Shown: positions 1-11,889, numbered from the stretch's first letter. The stretch: DNA of 64,000 nt from Patescibacteria group bacterium (GCA_019428855.1 JAHYJV010000001.1:14885-78884); one strand, 5' to 3'. A program made the numbers and translations. The notes: generated by a model not told the origin, from the letters alone.

Positions 1-89
1 ATTTAGCTTATTTTGCCTAATTTTTAGATATATCTTGTTCAATTATCGCTTAGAGGAAGATTTAATAGGAAGAGGACAGAGAAGAAAAT

Positions 90-111
90 CCCCTCCTTAA
101 GTAAGGAGGGG
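90..111. repeat. REP-like palindrome CCCCTCCTT-N4-AAGGAGGGG
   Basis: Perfect 9-bp GC-rich inverted repeat followed by CAGGGG, intergenic. Confidence 0.6.
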
Positions 112-304
112 CAGGGGTTGTCGTGAATCAAACTTACAAAGAGAGGAACAATTGAAGAAAATCAGTAGGTCCTAATTTGCAAAAAATTGTAATTCGGGGG
201 CAGTTCTTGAAATAACGGACTGTTTCGTTTTGGCAAAAAACCTAGTTTTTACTTGAAATATCTGTTTTTTTAGTGTATACTAGTGGAGTGGTAATAAATG
301 ATAA

Positions 305-2365
<2,061 letters not shown>

Positions 2366-2416
2366 AAGAATTTAAAGAGGTTAAGCTTTTTAAATGAGTA
2401 ATACTGAAAAATAAAA

Positions 2417-2678
2417 ATGAAGAAGAAAAAAAATACTAGTTATTGGAACTGGCGGAAAGATAGCATCTGTGAAGACAAAAGAAGGATTGCGAGCAGCATA
2501 CAAAACTGATGAACTGATTGCATTTTTTCGGAAGTAAAAGAAATTGATAAGATTTCTGGGAAAATGTTTTTCAATCTTGATAGTACTAACATTCAACCAC
2601 ATCATTGGTCGAAGCTTGCCAAATAATAAAGATATGAAAAAATTGATGGTCGGGAATTTCGTTGGTGAAATAAAGTAA
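2417..2678 (+). pseudogene. L-asparaginase (AnsA-like) pseudogene with frameshifts and a large internal deletion
   Basis: Across frames reads KILVIGTGGKIASVKTKEGL / VKEIDKISGKMFFNLDSTNIQPHHWSKLAK* / DMKKLMVGNFVGEIK*, matching asparaginase N-terminal (TGGTIA, DSTN-P-HW) and C-terminal (N-GEI) motifs. Confidence 0.8.
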
Positions 2679-2785
2679 TCTTTAATAATTTCATAAAAAA
2701 ACTTAAGCTTATGGGCTAAGTTTTTTTCAATTTAAATTTCTTGCTCTTAATTTATATGGCAAAATATGCTATCATACATATAATG

Positions 2786-2884
2786 TTATAAGAATGCGGG
2801 CAGTACCAAAGCAAGAATCATACTGAAAGCGATAATACTGATTGCAATAAATTTAATCGCTTCTTTTAATTTTTTCTTTTTCAT
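2786..2884 (-). CDS. small single-TM protein (32 aa, MKKKKLKEAIKFIAISIIAFSMILALVLPAFL)
   Basis: Clean ATG-TAA ORF, basic N-terminus plus hydrophobic helix; bidirectional terminator-like hairpin at ~2695-2727 downstream. Confidence 0.5.
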   Translation of the reverse strand: MKKKKLKEAIKFIAISIIAFSMILALVLPAFL

Positions 2885-2963
2885 ATGGATGGTTAATAGT
2901 AATCGATAATAGAAATGATTTCTGCTTTAAGAATAACACTAATTTCTGATAAAGTCCATACTG

Positions 2964-4311
2964 CGTTATACCCCATAAATAATGTTACCGAAACAGGTAG
3001 TGGATAGCTCATAAATGGTGTTACCATAAGGTTATTAATTTTTAACCTAAAAACACCATGAAAACAACAGTAGAACCTTTTGAAAAATATAGGGAAGAAT
3101 ATTGGAAAGCGAACAAAAAGAGGAAGGGGGAAATTTTAAATGTGATGGCAGAATTGACTGCGATGCATAAGAAATCAATTATCCGTAAATTCAAGAAACT
3201 GCAATTCGCTGATCAGGCATCCAAAAAATCTATGCCTGTTAAACAGGGAAGGCCTTGCGTCTATAATTTTGAAATTATTTTTGCTTTAAAACAATTATGG
3301 GAATTGAGTTTAAAATTATGCGGAGAGTTGTTGCATCCGATGATTGGGGAATATTTGGAACAATACAAGCAAAATGGCGACTGGAAATACAGCGAAGAAA
3401 TTGACTCTAAATTATTGATGATGAGCGTTTCCACGATCAAGAGAAAAGTCAGTCAATCTTTTAAAGAAGACAAGAATTCTTTTCGCAAAGGAAAATCAAC
3501 AACAAAATCATCATCTATCAAAACAATTATTCCGATCAGAGACGCTTCTTGGTTTGACGCTAAAATCGGCGAAGGTCAATTAGACACCGTCGTCCATTGC
3601 GGAGACAGTTTGTGCAGAGATATGGCTTATACGCTTAATTACACTGATTTCAAGACTTATTGGATTGGACTGCGAGCACAAATGAATAAAGGACAAATCG
3701 CGACTCAGAAAAGTCTGTTTTACATTCAAGAAAGATTGCCATTTGATTTATTGGAAATACACCCTGACACAGGCAGCGAATTTATTAACTATCATTTGAA
3801 GAATTGCTGCAATGAAATCGGAGTTAAAATGACTCGCTCGCGTCCTAATCATAAAAATGATAATATGTGCGTAGAAGAAAGAAACGGACATATTATCAGG
3901 AAGAAGGTTGGTTACATCAGAATTGATTATCAGGAAGCAGTGAATGTTTTGAATGAGTATTATGAGAATCTCTGTCTGTTTCAAAACCATTTTATAGCCG
4001 TGAGAAGAACCAAAGATAAAGTTAGAATCGGTTCCCGTTATCAAAGAACATTTGAATCAGCCAAAACTCCTTATCAAAGAGTTGTGGAATCCAATGAAAT
4101 TTCTGACGATCAAAAGAAAAAATTAGAATGAATTCATAAAGCTCTTAATATATTTGAACTGCAAGAAAAAATGGATGAATTATTAGAAAAAGTTTGGATT
4201 ATTCAAAAGAAAAAAAGAGGCAAACTATATTAATTCTTCTGCTTGCTTTCGGTAACATACTTATGAATTACACATCTTAATTTCGGTAACATTTACTTAT
4301 GAGCTATAGCG
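2964..4311 (+). mobile_element. insertion sequence (rve-type DDE transposase, ISNCY-like) with TIRs and 5-bp TSD
   Basis: Left end CGTTATACCCCATAAATAATGTTACCGAAA; right end reverse complement CGCTATAGCTCATAAGTAAATGTTACCGAAA; internal TGTTACC subrepeats at both ends; flanked by direct repeat TACTG (2959-2963, 4312-4316). Confidence 0.9.
3058..4233 (+). pseudogene. DDE integrase-like transposase with in-frame TGA at 4129-4131 near the C-terminus
   Basis: LDTVVHCG, DTGSEFIN, TRSRPNHKNDN, VEERNG motifs; the same frame stays open 33 codons past the TGA to TAA at 4231-4233. Confidence 0.8.
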
Positions 4312-4383
4312 TACTGTTATTATTATTTTTGGCAATTATCTAGTAGCTGTAATTGTCAAGAAAATAGAAATTTAAATAAATTT

Positions 4384-4791
4384 ATGATTATAAAAAAAAG
4401 AAAAAAAAATAAATCTGGAAAAATATTATCTTTTAAATTATTTTTGATTTTTAGTGTCGTTCTAGTTGTTTTTTTGAGTGTTGGCGTTGGAGAAGAATAT
4501 TATAGAGAATATCAAATTCAAAAAGAAATTAGTTCTTTGACAAATGAAATTGATTATTTTGAAAAGAATAATTATAAATTGTCGCAATTGATGGAATATT
4601 ACCAAACAAAGGAATATAAAGAGCTCGAAGCAAGAAAAAGATTGAATATGCAGAAGGAAGGGGAGAGTGTTGTGATAATATCACAATATGATACGAATTC
4701 GACAGAGTCAGCAGTGGAAAATGAAAATAAAATTGCGGAGATGGCGAATTATATAAAATGGTGGAACTATTTTTTCGCGACCAAGAAATAA
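4384..4791 (+). CDS. septum formation initiator (FtsB/DivIC family)
   Basis: N-terminal TM, coiled coil, ELEARKRLNMQKEGE motif. Confidence 0.85.
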   Translation: MIIKKRKKNKSGKILSFKLFLIFSVVLVVFLSVGVGEEYYREYQIQKEISSLTNEIDYFEKNNYKLSQLMEYYQTKEYKELEARKRLNMQKEGESVVIISQYDTNSTESAVENENKIAEMANYIKWWNYFFATKK

Positions 4792-4813
4792 ATTCTTTGG
4801 ATCATTTGTTTTT

Positions 4814-4884
4814 GCGGGTATCGTATATCGGTATTATGTGACCTTCCCAAGGTTAAGAGACGGGTTCGACTCCCGTTACCCGCT
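4814..4884 (+). tRNA. tRNA-Gly(CCC)
   Basis: GCGGGTA/TACCCGC acceptor stem, anticodon loop TTCCCAA, T-loop TTCGACT. Confidence 0.93.
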
Positions 4885-4951
4885 CAAAAGTATATTACTT
4901 TTTGAATTACGCAACGCAAAATATATTAATTAGTATATCTTAAAAAAATTA

Positions 4952-5008
4952 CCGGAGTTCAGGTTTTAACCTGCAATCTAAAATTACAGAATAAAGTCTG
5001 AACTCCAG
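4952..5008. repeat. REP-like inverted pair GGAGTTCAGGTTTTAACCTG...TAAAGTCTGAACTCC
   Basis: Inverted arms; related degenerate copies at ~54292-54400 (GGAGCTTAGACTTTAGTCTG, CAGGTTGAAACCTGAAATCC). Confidence 0.65.
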
Positions 5009-5032
5009 ATATTAGAGTTACATAATTCAATT

Positions 5033-5122
5033 GTGAACCAAAAAATTATAGTATTATTAGCAATAATTTTAATCGCCATTTTAGCGATAGCTATTATTGC
5101 TATGAAACAAAATCAATCTTAA
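5033..5122 (+). CDS. small hydrophobic ORF or gene remnant (29 aa)
   Basis: GTG-started MNQKIIVLLAIILIAILAIAIIAMKQNQS; may be the truncated start of a longer gene. Confidence 0.3.
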   Translation: MNQKIIVLLAIILIAILAIAIIAMKQNQS

Positions 5123-5320
5123 AACGAAGGAACTAATAAACAGAAACTCCAACAGAAATTTTAGTTAATAAAATCTCAATATGAACGGGCAAAAGCAGAA
5201 GTATCCGATATTTTTCTTATAACAATAATTATGGCACCGAAATAAAACTCGCTTAAGGAAATATCTTAGTAGAAATTATGCAGACAGATCAGAATGTTGA
5301 ATGGAGTATTAAGTTATTTT

Positions 5321-5463
5321 TGTCATTGCGAGGAGCCGAAGAGACAAAGCAATCTCTCTCATGCATTTCTCATCTCTGTTATTGCGAGGAGTAGCAACGA
5401 TGAAGCAATCTATAGCTGTAACATAAGACTACTTCGCTATGAATACATAACTCGCAATAACAG
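5321..5463. repeat. REP/REPIN-like cluster GTCATTGCGAGGAG...AAGCAATCT / CTCGCAATAAC
   Basis: Two forward arms and one inverted arm of the GTCATT...AATGAC palindrome superfamily. Confidence 0.75.
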
Positions 5464-5514
5464 AAGTATCGGCAGGGTTAATCAATAAAATAGTTAAAAA
5501 TTAAATTAAATAAT

Positions 5515-5991
5515 ATGGCGGGCAACAAACAAAGTATTAAATTTACAAAAGAACAATTTGAAGATTTATCAAAAATGGTATATCTCGGCAATTGGATGGC
5601 GAATGCTCATCGCGATGGTAGCACCGAAGATCTGCATATAGAAAAATACGAAAAAATTCAAGACTATATTTTTTCTTTGGCGCCGAAATTCGGGCTGGAA
5701 AAATATATGGATCACGAGGATTCCGATGGAGATAAATATTATCCGAGTAGATTTTTTGAGGAGGAAACGGATATAAATTTACTGCATGATGAATATGATG
5801 AAAACACTTTTTGGCAAGAATTGCCTAATCGATTGGGTGACAGGGATTTTTTTGAAAAATTTTCAAAAGCGGAAATTGAAGCAATGAGTGATAAAGAAAG
5901 ATTTATTAAACGATGCAGGCACAGTGAGACATATGAAGATGAACTGTCAAAAAATGGTATAGAAAGATTGCGGATTTTGAAAAAAGATTAA
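5515..5991 (+). CDS. hypothetical protein
   Basis: 158-aa acidic ORF with protein-like composition; no recognised motif. Confidence 0.75.
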   Translation: MAGNKQSIKFTKEQFEDLSKMVYLGNWMANAHRDGSTEDLHIEKYEKIQDYIFSLAPKFGLEKYMDHEDSDGDKYYPSRFFEEETDINLLHDEYDENTFWQELPNRLGDRDFFEKFSKAEIEAMSDKERFIKRCRHSETYEDELSKNGIERLRILKKD

Positions 5992-6328
5992 ATTTTTAGG
6001 GCCATAAAGACTTGTCGACAATAGTTATTTATTCAAACGAGCATGTCTTATCTCTTTTATCTTAAAAATAATTGGCGATGATACAAAGAGGAAATTTTTT
6101 ATTTGTTTTTAATTATCATGGTGAGTGTAATTTTTATGATTATTTAAATTTTATAAATACGGATTTGTCTAAACTGATTAAAGTGAGCTGGCTTGATGGA
6201 AAGAGTTTATAGATAACATCAAGTATGGCAAGGTAAACATCTGTAAGAATGATAAATAGTTGACCAAACGGTAAATAATATTGTATTATAAAAATGCAAT
6301 GTTTTTTTGCTAAGCATATTTTATAAAG

Positions 6329-6401
6329 GCCACCCTAGCTCAGTTGGTAGAGCAACGCACCCGTAATGCGTAGGTCGCCAGTTCGAATCTGGCGGGTGGC
6401 T
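6329..6401 (+). tRNA. tRNA-Thr(CGT), with C at position 33
   Basis: GCCACCC/GGGTGGC acceptor, D-arm GCTC/GAGC, anticodon stem ACGCA/TGCGT, loop CCCGTAA, T-loop TTCGAAT. Confidence 0.92.
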
Positions 6402-6686
6402 CCCAAATAACTTATAACGCCTAACTTATAACAATCATTTTTGTTATTCTGAAATTGTTTTAAGAATCTTTTATATTTAAAGTTCTGACTTATTCTATTT
6501 AACACTGATCGTCATTTAAGGCGTAAATTCAATTATCTTTTTGTACAACATAATAATTGTGTTTTAGTTTTAATAAAACATGCAAAGATTATGAATTAAA
6601 TTAGTGTAATAGCTGAAAAATCTTAAAAAAAGTTCAAGACGACAGTAATATTTTCCATTTCTAAAAAAATATGCTATTATGTATTT

Positions 6687-7797
6687 ATGAAAGAAACAGT
6701 TGAAAAAATTCAAGATTTAAAAAAGAGGGCCCTCCTGGTGAGGGAATGTCTTTGACTTGAATCGAAAGAAAGCGGAGATTGTTGGACTGGAAGCGGAAGT
6801 TAATGAGACTGGATTTTGGAGTGACACCAGGAAAGCAAAAAGGGTTATGCAGAAATTAGATAGTTATCGAGAAATAGTAGGTTTTTGGGATGATATTGAA
6901 AAAAGAATCGATGATTTAGAAGAGATTTTGAACATAATTGATGAAAAAAAAGATAAGGAAGTTCTTCGGGATGCAAAGGAAAGGCTTACTTTTTTGGAAA
7001 AAACATTTATAGAACACGAATTTGAGGCTTTGATGAGTGGTAAATATGACAGTGCGAGTGCAATTATGGCAATTCACAGCGGAGCAGGTGGGGTTGATGC
7101 ACAGGATTGGTCAGAAATGGTTTTGCGAATGTATTTGCGTTATGCAGAAAATCATAAATATAAAACATCTATAGTAAGTATATCAATAGGAGAAGAAGCT
7201 GGAATTAAGAGCGTGACATTTATAGTTACTGGGCCGTTTGCTTATGGACATTTGAAAAATGAAGCTGGGGTGCATAGATTAGTGAGACTCTCACCGTTTA
7301 ATTCTGATAATTTGCGTCAAACTTCATTTGCTCTAGTGGAAGTGTTGCCAGAAATTGAATCTGATGACGAAGTGAAGATTAATGATGATGATTTGAAAAT
7401 TAATACATTCCGGGCAAGTGGAGCAGGCGGTCAGCATGTCAATAAAACAGATTCAGCCGTTCGTATTACTCATCTTCCGACAAAGACAGTAGTAGAATGT
7501 CAAAACGAAAGAAGTCAGTCACAAAACAAGGAAAGTGCCATGCGAGTTTTGAAGGCAAAATTATATAAGTTACAACAAGAAAAAGAAGAAGCAGAAAAGA
7601 AAGAGCTGCGCGGAGAATATACTTCGGCAGAATGGGGAAATCAGATTAGGTCATATGTTCTTCATCCCTATAAACTTGTCAAAGACCACCGCACTGGAGT
7701 TGAAAATAAGGACACAGAAAAAGTTCTTGAGGGAGACATTAATCGATTTATAGAAGCGAGGCTGAAGGGGGTTGTGGAGAGAGGGGATAGGAAGTAG
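6687..7797 (+). CDS. prfB: peptide chain release factor 2, programmed +1 frameshift at CTT TGA C (6750-6756)
   Basis: 22-codon leader ORF from ATG 6687 ends AGGGAATGT CTT TGA C; the +1 frame carries the SPF and GGQ motifs. Confidence 0.97.
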
Positions 7798-8084
7798 GAT
7801 TTGTCATTACTTAAATACAAGATTATGGATTCATGGTCTCGCGGGATCTTGGATGGCTAAATAGAATTTTTATTTTATAGAGAAAAGATCCCGTTGTCAT
7901 TCCGTACGCAGAGAAAAGAAGTTGAGGAATAGCTCTTTTTTTCAGTTATCATATAAATACTAATTTTTAAACTGGTCATTACCGCGGAGCAAGAATGACA
8001 ATTAAAGTCTAGGGTTAATAAGAAAGCTGTAAATGACAATCTGAAATATAATAAATAACTTTATTAAAAACTAATTTTAAACAT

Positions 8085-8549
8085 ATGACAAAAAAAAATA
8101 TCAAGAAGGTAGAAAAAATGGAAATTAAGAAGGATATGCCACAGGACCACTACTATACAAATTCAACACAATTACCAGTTAATTATACTGATGATTTATT
8201 TGAAGCAGTTGATTTACAAAATCCTTTGCAAACAAAATATACAGGTGGAACTGTGATGCATGCTTTTTTAGGTGAAAGATTGCCAAGTGGAAAAGAAGCA
8301 AAGCTGTTGGTAAAAAAAATATTTGAAAAATCTCAAATGCCATATCTTTCTCTTACTCCAACTTTTAGTGTTTGCCCAAATCATGGTTATCTTTCTGGTG
8401 AACATTTCACTTGTCCAAAATGCCTAATTGAACAACCTTGCGAAGTTTATTCAAGAGTAGTGGGATATTTGCGTCCTGTTCAACAATGGAATAAGGGAAA
8501 AGTTTCCGAATATGCGAGAAGAAAAGTATTTAAGGCTAAAATAAAATAA
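8085..8549 (+). CDS. C-terminal module of class III anaerobic ribonucleotide reductase (NrdD fragment), copy 1
   Basis: YYTNS, YTGGTV-H, CPNHGY-CPKC zinc site, CEVYSRVVGYLRPV glycyl-radical loop; only 154 aa. Confidence 0.85.
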   Translation: MTKKNIKKVEKMEIKKDMPQDHYYTNSTQLPVNYTDDLFEAVDLQNPLQTKYTGGTVMHAFLGERLPSGKEAKLLVKKIFEKSQMPYLSLTPTFSVCPNHGYLSGEHFTCPKCLIEQPCEVYSRVVGYLRPVQQWNKGKVSEYARRKVFKAKIK

Positions 8550-8673
8550 GATTGTTCAAGATTAACATTACCGCGGAGCAAGAATGACAATTAAAGTCTA
8601 GGGTTAATAAGAAAGCTGTAAATGACAATCTGAAATATAATAAATAACTTTATTAAAAACTAATTTTAAACAT

Positions 8674-9138
8674 ATGACAAAAAAAAATATCAAGAAGGTA
8701 GAAAAAATGGAAATTAAGAAGGATATGCCACAGGACCACTACTATACAAATTCAACACAATTACCAGTTAATTATACTGATGATTTATTTGAAGCAGTTG
8801 ATTTACAAAATCCTTTGCAAACAAAATATACAGGTGGAACTGTGATGCATGCTTTTTTAGGTGAAAGATTGCCAAGTGGAAAAGAAGCAAAGCTGTTGGT
8901 AAAAAAAATATTTGAAAAATCTCAAATGCCATATCTTTCTCTTACTCCAACTTTTAGTGTTTGCCCAAATCATGGTTATCTTTCTGGTGAACATTTCACT
9001 TGTCCAAAATGCCTAATTGAACAACCTTGCGAAGTTTATTCAAGAGTAGTGGGATATTTGCGTCCTGTTCAACAATGGAATAAGGGAAAAGTTTCCGAAT
9101 ATGCGAGAAGAAAAGTATTTAAGGCTAAAATAAAATAA
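8674..9138 (+). CDS. C-terminal module of class III anaerobic ribonucleotide reductase (NrdD fragment), copy 2
   Basis: Protein identical to 8085-8549. Confidence 0.85.
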   Translation: MTKKNIKKVEKMEIKKDMPQDHYYTNSTQLPVNYTDDLFEAVDLQNPLQTKYTGGTVMHAFLGERLPSGKEAKLLVKKIFEKSQMPYLSLTPTFSVCPNHGYLSGEHFTCPKCLIEQPCEVYSRVVGYLRPVQQWNKGKVSEYARRKVFKAKIK

Positions 9139-9308
9139 GATTGTTCAAGATTAACATTACCGATCAGGAATTTCAATATTTTGTTTTCAAATGTCTCAGA
9201 GACCCTAGAGCCTCTAGAGACATTGAGGTGCAAAAATGTGAAGCTTGTTTTGAGTTTTGCTGAATGTTTGAAACAGCGATGATTAATGTATGTAATTAAT
9301 ATAATTAA

Positions 9309-10004
9309 ATGAACCAGATAATGATTGAATTCGAAAATGTATCAAAAATATATAATGAAAATAGCTTTGCCCTGAAAGATATTAATTTTCAGATTGTTAA
9401 AGGAGAATTTGTTTCAATCGTTGGTCAAAGTGGTGCGGGAAAATCTACACTTTTGAAAATGGTTTTTGCAGAGGAAAATCCGACAGAAGGAAATATTTTA
9501 ATTAAGGGCAGAAACATAAGCAAAATCAAGAGTAACAAAATGCCGGTTTTGAGAAGGCACATTGGTGTTGTTTTTCAGGATTTCAAATTGCTATATGGGA
9601 AAACAGTTTTTGAAAATGTTGCTTTTGCTATGGAGGTTTCTGGAAAAACGGACAAAGAAATTAGAGAAGATGTTCCTCAAGTCTTGGAAATTGTAGGATT
9701 AGCAAGCAAGGTTGATAGTTATATAGATGAACTATCTGGTGGAGAAAGACAGAGAGTCTCAATTGCTAGAGCGTTGGTTCACAGACCAGACATTATTATT
9801 GCGGATGAGCCGACTGGAAATCTTGACCTTGTTAATACTTGGGATATAGTGCAACTTTTGATGAAAATTAATCAATACGGAACTACTATCGTTTTGGCCA
9901 CACATAATAGGGAGATTGTAAATTTAATAAACAAAAGAGTAATTACGATTGAAAAAGGAAGAATATCAAGAGATCAACACGATAATGGAAAATATCTAAT
10001 ATAA
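9309..10004 (+). CDS. ftsE: cell division ATP-binding protein FtsE
   Basis: [40 protein letters not shown]; adjacent to ftsX. Confidence 0.93.
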   Translation: MNQIMIEFENVSKIYNENSFALKDINFQIVKGEFVSIVGQSGAGKSTLLKMVFAEENPTEGNILIKGRNISKIKSNKMPVLRRHIGVVFQDFKLLYGKTVFENVAFAMEVSGKTDKEIREDVPQVLEIVGLASKVDSYIDELSGGERQRVSIARALVHRPDIIIADEPTGNLDLVNTWDIVQLLMKINQYGTTIVLATHNREIVNLINKRVITIEKGRISRDQHDNGKYLI

Positions 10005-10051
10005 AAAAAGAAAATAAATTTAATAAATACAACTATAATTGAATTATCTCA

Positions 10052-10975
10052 ATGAAAAGATTGATTGTTACAAATTTTAAAAGAGTTTCGAAATCTGCTA
10101 TTAAGGATTTGACTCGCAACCTCTGGTTGAATATGGCAACAGTTATCATCGTAGTCATCGCTCTATTTACTATTACAACGATGCTGGCGATTGATGCGGT
10201 TGGTAATCATGCACTTCTGTCTTTGCAAGAAAAAATTGATATATCTATCCAGTTTGATGATGATGCCGAAGAATATAAAATATTAGAATTTAAAAAAGAC
10301 TTGGAGAATTTAGAGGAAGTGAAAAGTGTTTCATATATCTCCAAGGAGCAAGCTTTAATTAATTTCAGAGAAACTCACAAGGACAATGCATATGTAAATC
10401 AGTCAATTGATGAGTTGGGAGAGAATCCATTGTTTGCAGTTTTAAATTTAAAGTCAGCACAAATTACTCAATATAGTGCAATTAATGAATATATTCTTGG
10501 AAATGATAATTACCAAGATATAATTGAAAAAGTAAATTATAAAGAAAACGAAAAAGCGATTGAAAATCTTTCCAAGATATTGGCTACGATTAAAGATGGA
10601 ATTTTTGCTTTAACGGTTTTGTTTATTTTTATAAGTATCTTAATTGCATTTAATACAATTCGTCTAGCATTATATTCTCACAAAATGGAAATCGAGATTA
10701 TGCGTTTAGTTGGCGCGAGTAACTGGTATATTAGAATGCCATTCGTAATTGAGGGTGCTATATTAGGTGCAATTAGTTGTTTGATAACCCTCGCGATTAT
10801 ATCTCCTGCGGCCGTCTATGTTTCTCCAAGGATTACTCAATTTTTACCAGAATTTGATTTATATATTTATTTTATGGATAATTTTCTCAGTATCTCTGCC
10901 TTACTAGCCTTAATTGGAATCGGGATGGGAGTGTTTAGTAGTTTGATTGCAATTAGGAGATATTTAAAAGCATAG
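10052..10975 (+). CDS. ftsX: cell division permease FtsX
   Basis: 4-TM layout, NTIRLAL and EIEIMRLVGASNWYIRMPF motifs. Confidence 0.93.
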   Translation: MKRLIVTNFKRVSKSAIKDLTRNLWLNMATVIIVVIALFTITTMLAIDAVGNHALLSLQEKIDISIQFDDDAEEYKILEFKKDLENLEEVKSVSYISKEQALINFRETHKDNAYVNQSIDELGENPLFAVLNLKSAQITQYSAINEYILGNDNYQDIIEKVNYKENEKAIENLSKILATIKDGIFALTVLFIFISILIAFNTIRLALYSHKMEIEIMRLVGASNWYIRMPFVIEGAILGAISCLITLAIISPAAVYVSPRITQFLPEFDLYIYFMDNFLSISALLALIGIGMGVFSSLIAIRRYLKA

Positions 10976-11063
10976 GAATTTTAATAGGGCTCAAAATAAA
11001 GACAGTTTTTTGAAGTTGTATCTCAATAGGGTTGTTTAAGTATATTCTTGGTTTATGTAATAT

Positions 11064-11199
11064 TCTTGAATTACGAAATACAACATACTTGTCACCCTGA
11101 GCTTGTCGAAGTGTTGAAGTTGCAAGAAATACTACTAATCAAGATGAATTAACTTCGACAAGACCATCATGAGAAATTTAGCTATTTCATAATTCAAAA
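11064..11199. mobile_element. MITE, TIR (C)TTTGAATTACGAAAT, core type 1 (GTCACCCTGAGCTTGTCGAAG...CTTCGACAAG)
   Basis: Terminal IRs; close homologue at 43321-43455. Confidence 0.8.
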
Positions 11200-11342
11200 T
11201 AATATACAATTTCTAAGGGACTGTCCTTTAATGGGTTGTTCGGTCTAATTTAAATTAACTCAGTAAAATGAGTTATTTTATTGATTCGCACAGGTTGATT
11301 AGTTTCTTTTTCTGTGATATAAATTATATATTGTTCAAATAT

Positions 11343-11413
11343 TCGGGGGTCGTCTAATGGTAGGACGGCAGGTTCTGGTCCTGCTAATCGGGGTTCGAGT
11401 CCCTGCTCCCGAA
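11343..11413 (+). tRNA. tRNA-Gln(CTG)
   Basis: TCGGGGG/CTCCCGA acceptor, anticodon stem GCAGG/CCTGC, loop TTCTGGT, T-loop TTCGAGT. Confidence 0.94.
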
Positions 11414-11473
11414 CAAACAAAATATCCGCCTTAGCTAGCGGTTATTTTATTATTATCCCAATATATTTAATTC

Positions 11474-11597
11474 CTTTGAATTACGAAATGCTGTTTTCTT
11501 GTCTTCTCGAATAATATGAGAGATCTTAAAATACGGGAAATGAAACTAAATTTATTTTTAGACCATTCCGTCGCTACCGCTCTTTCGGGATGACAAA
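11474..11597. mobile_element. MITE, core type 2, right TIR missing
   Basis: Starts CTTTGAATTACGAAAT; homologous to 11661-11813 and (inverted) 59845-59996. Confidence 0.8.
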
Positions 11598-11660
11598 GTA
11601 TGCTGAGTTCAGGTGCTTGATATGTTGGTTTTGATGTAATGTGCAATAGATTCTGAATTA

Positions 11661-11813
11661 CTTTGAATTAGGAAATGCTGTTTTCTTGTCATCTCGAACA
11701 ATATGAGAGATCTTAGAATATGGGAAATTAAAATAGATTTAATTTTAGATCCCTTTGTCGCTACCTCTTTTTCAGGATGACAAAAAAAGAAATGCTAATT
11801 TCGTAATTCAAAG
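11661..11813. mobile_element. MITE, core type 2, complete
   Basis: CTTTGAATTAGGAAAT...ATTTCGTAATTCAAAG enclosing GTCATCTCGA...GGATGAC. Confidence 0.85.
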
Positions 11814-11827
11814 TAATTCATTAGTTC

Positions 11828-11889
11828 TTGACATTATTTTTTATCAGATATATACTTATGATACTTACTTACCAACTGGTAAGTAAGTA
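11828..11889 (+). promoter_or_regulatory. sigma70 promoter with adjacent perfect palindromic operator (likely TetR site)
   Basis: TTGACA(11828)-17-TATACT(11851), then TACTTACTTACCA-AC-TGGTAAGTAAGTA (11862-11889), upstream of a TetR-family gene. Confidence 0.85.

Larger units (their letters stand above)
7977..9162. repeat. exact 589-bp tandem duplication bounded by 8-bp microhomology CATTACCG
   Basis: CATTACCG at 7977, 8566 and 9155 (period 589); the two units look identical by eye and encode identical ORFs. Confidence 0.95.

Noticed and set aside
2390-2605. 71-aa minus-strand ORF
   Set aside because: Shadow of the asparaginase pseudogene on the plus strand.
4129-4131. TGA readthrough as evidence of genetic code 25 or selenocysteine
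   Set aside because: TGA ends intact genes (ymdB, GT4 at 61146) and forms the RF2 frameshift site; long genes have no internal TGA. A nonsense mutation is the simpler explanation.
5294-5488. 64-aa ORF (CHCEEP..., VIARSSNDEAI)
   Set aside because: Translation of REP-like repeat arms, not a gene.
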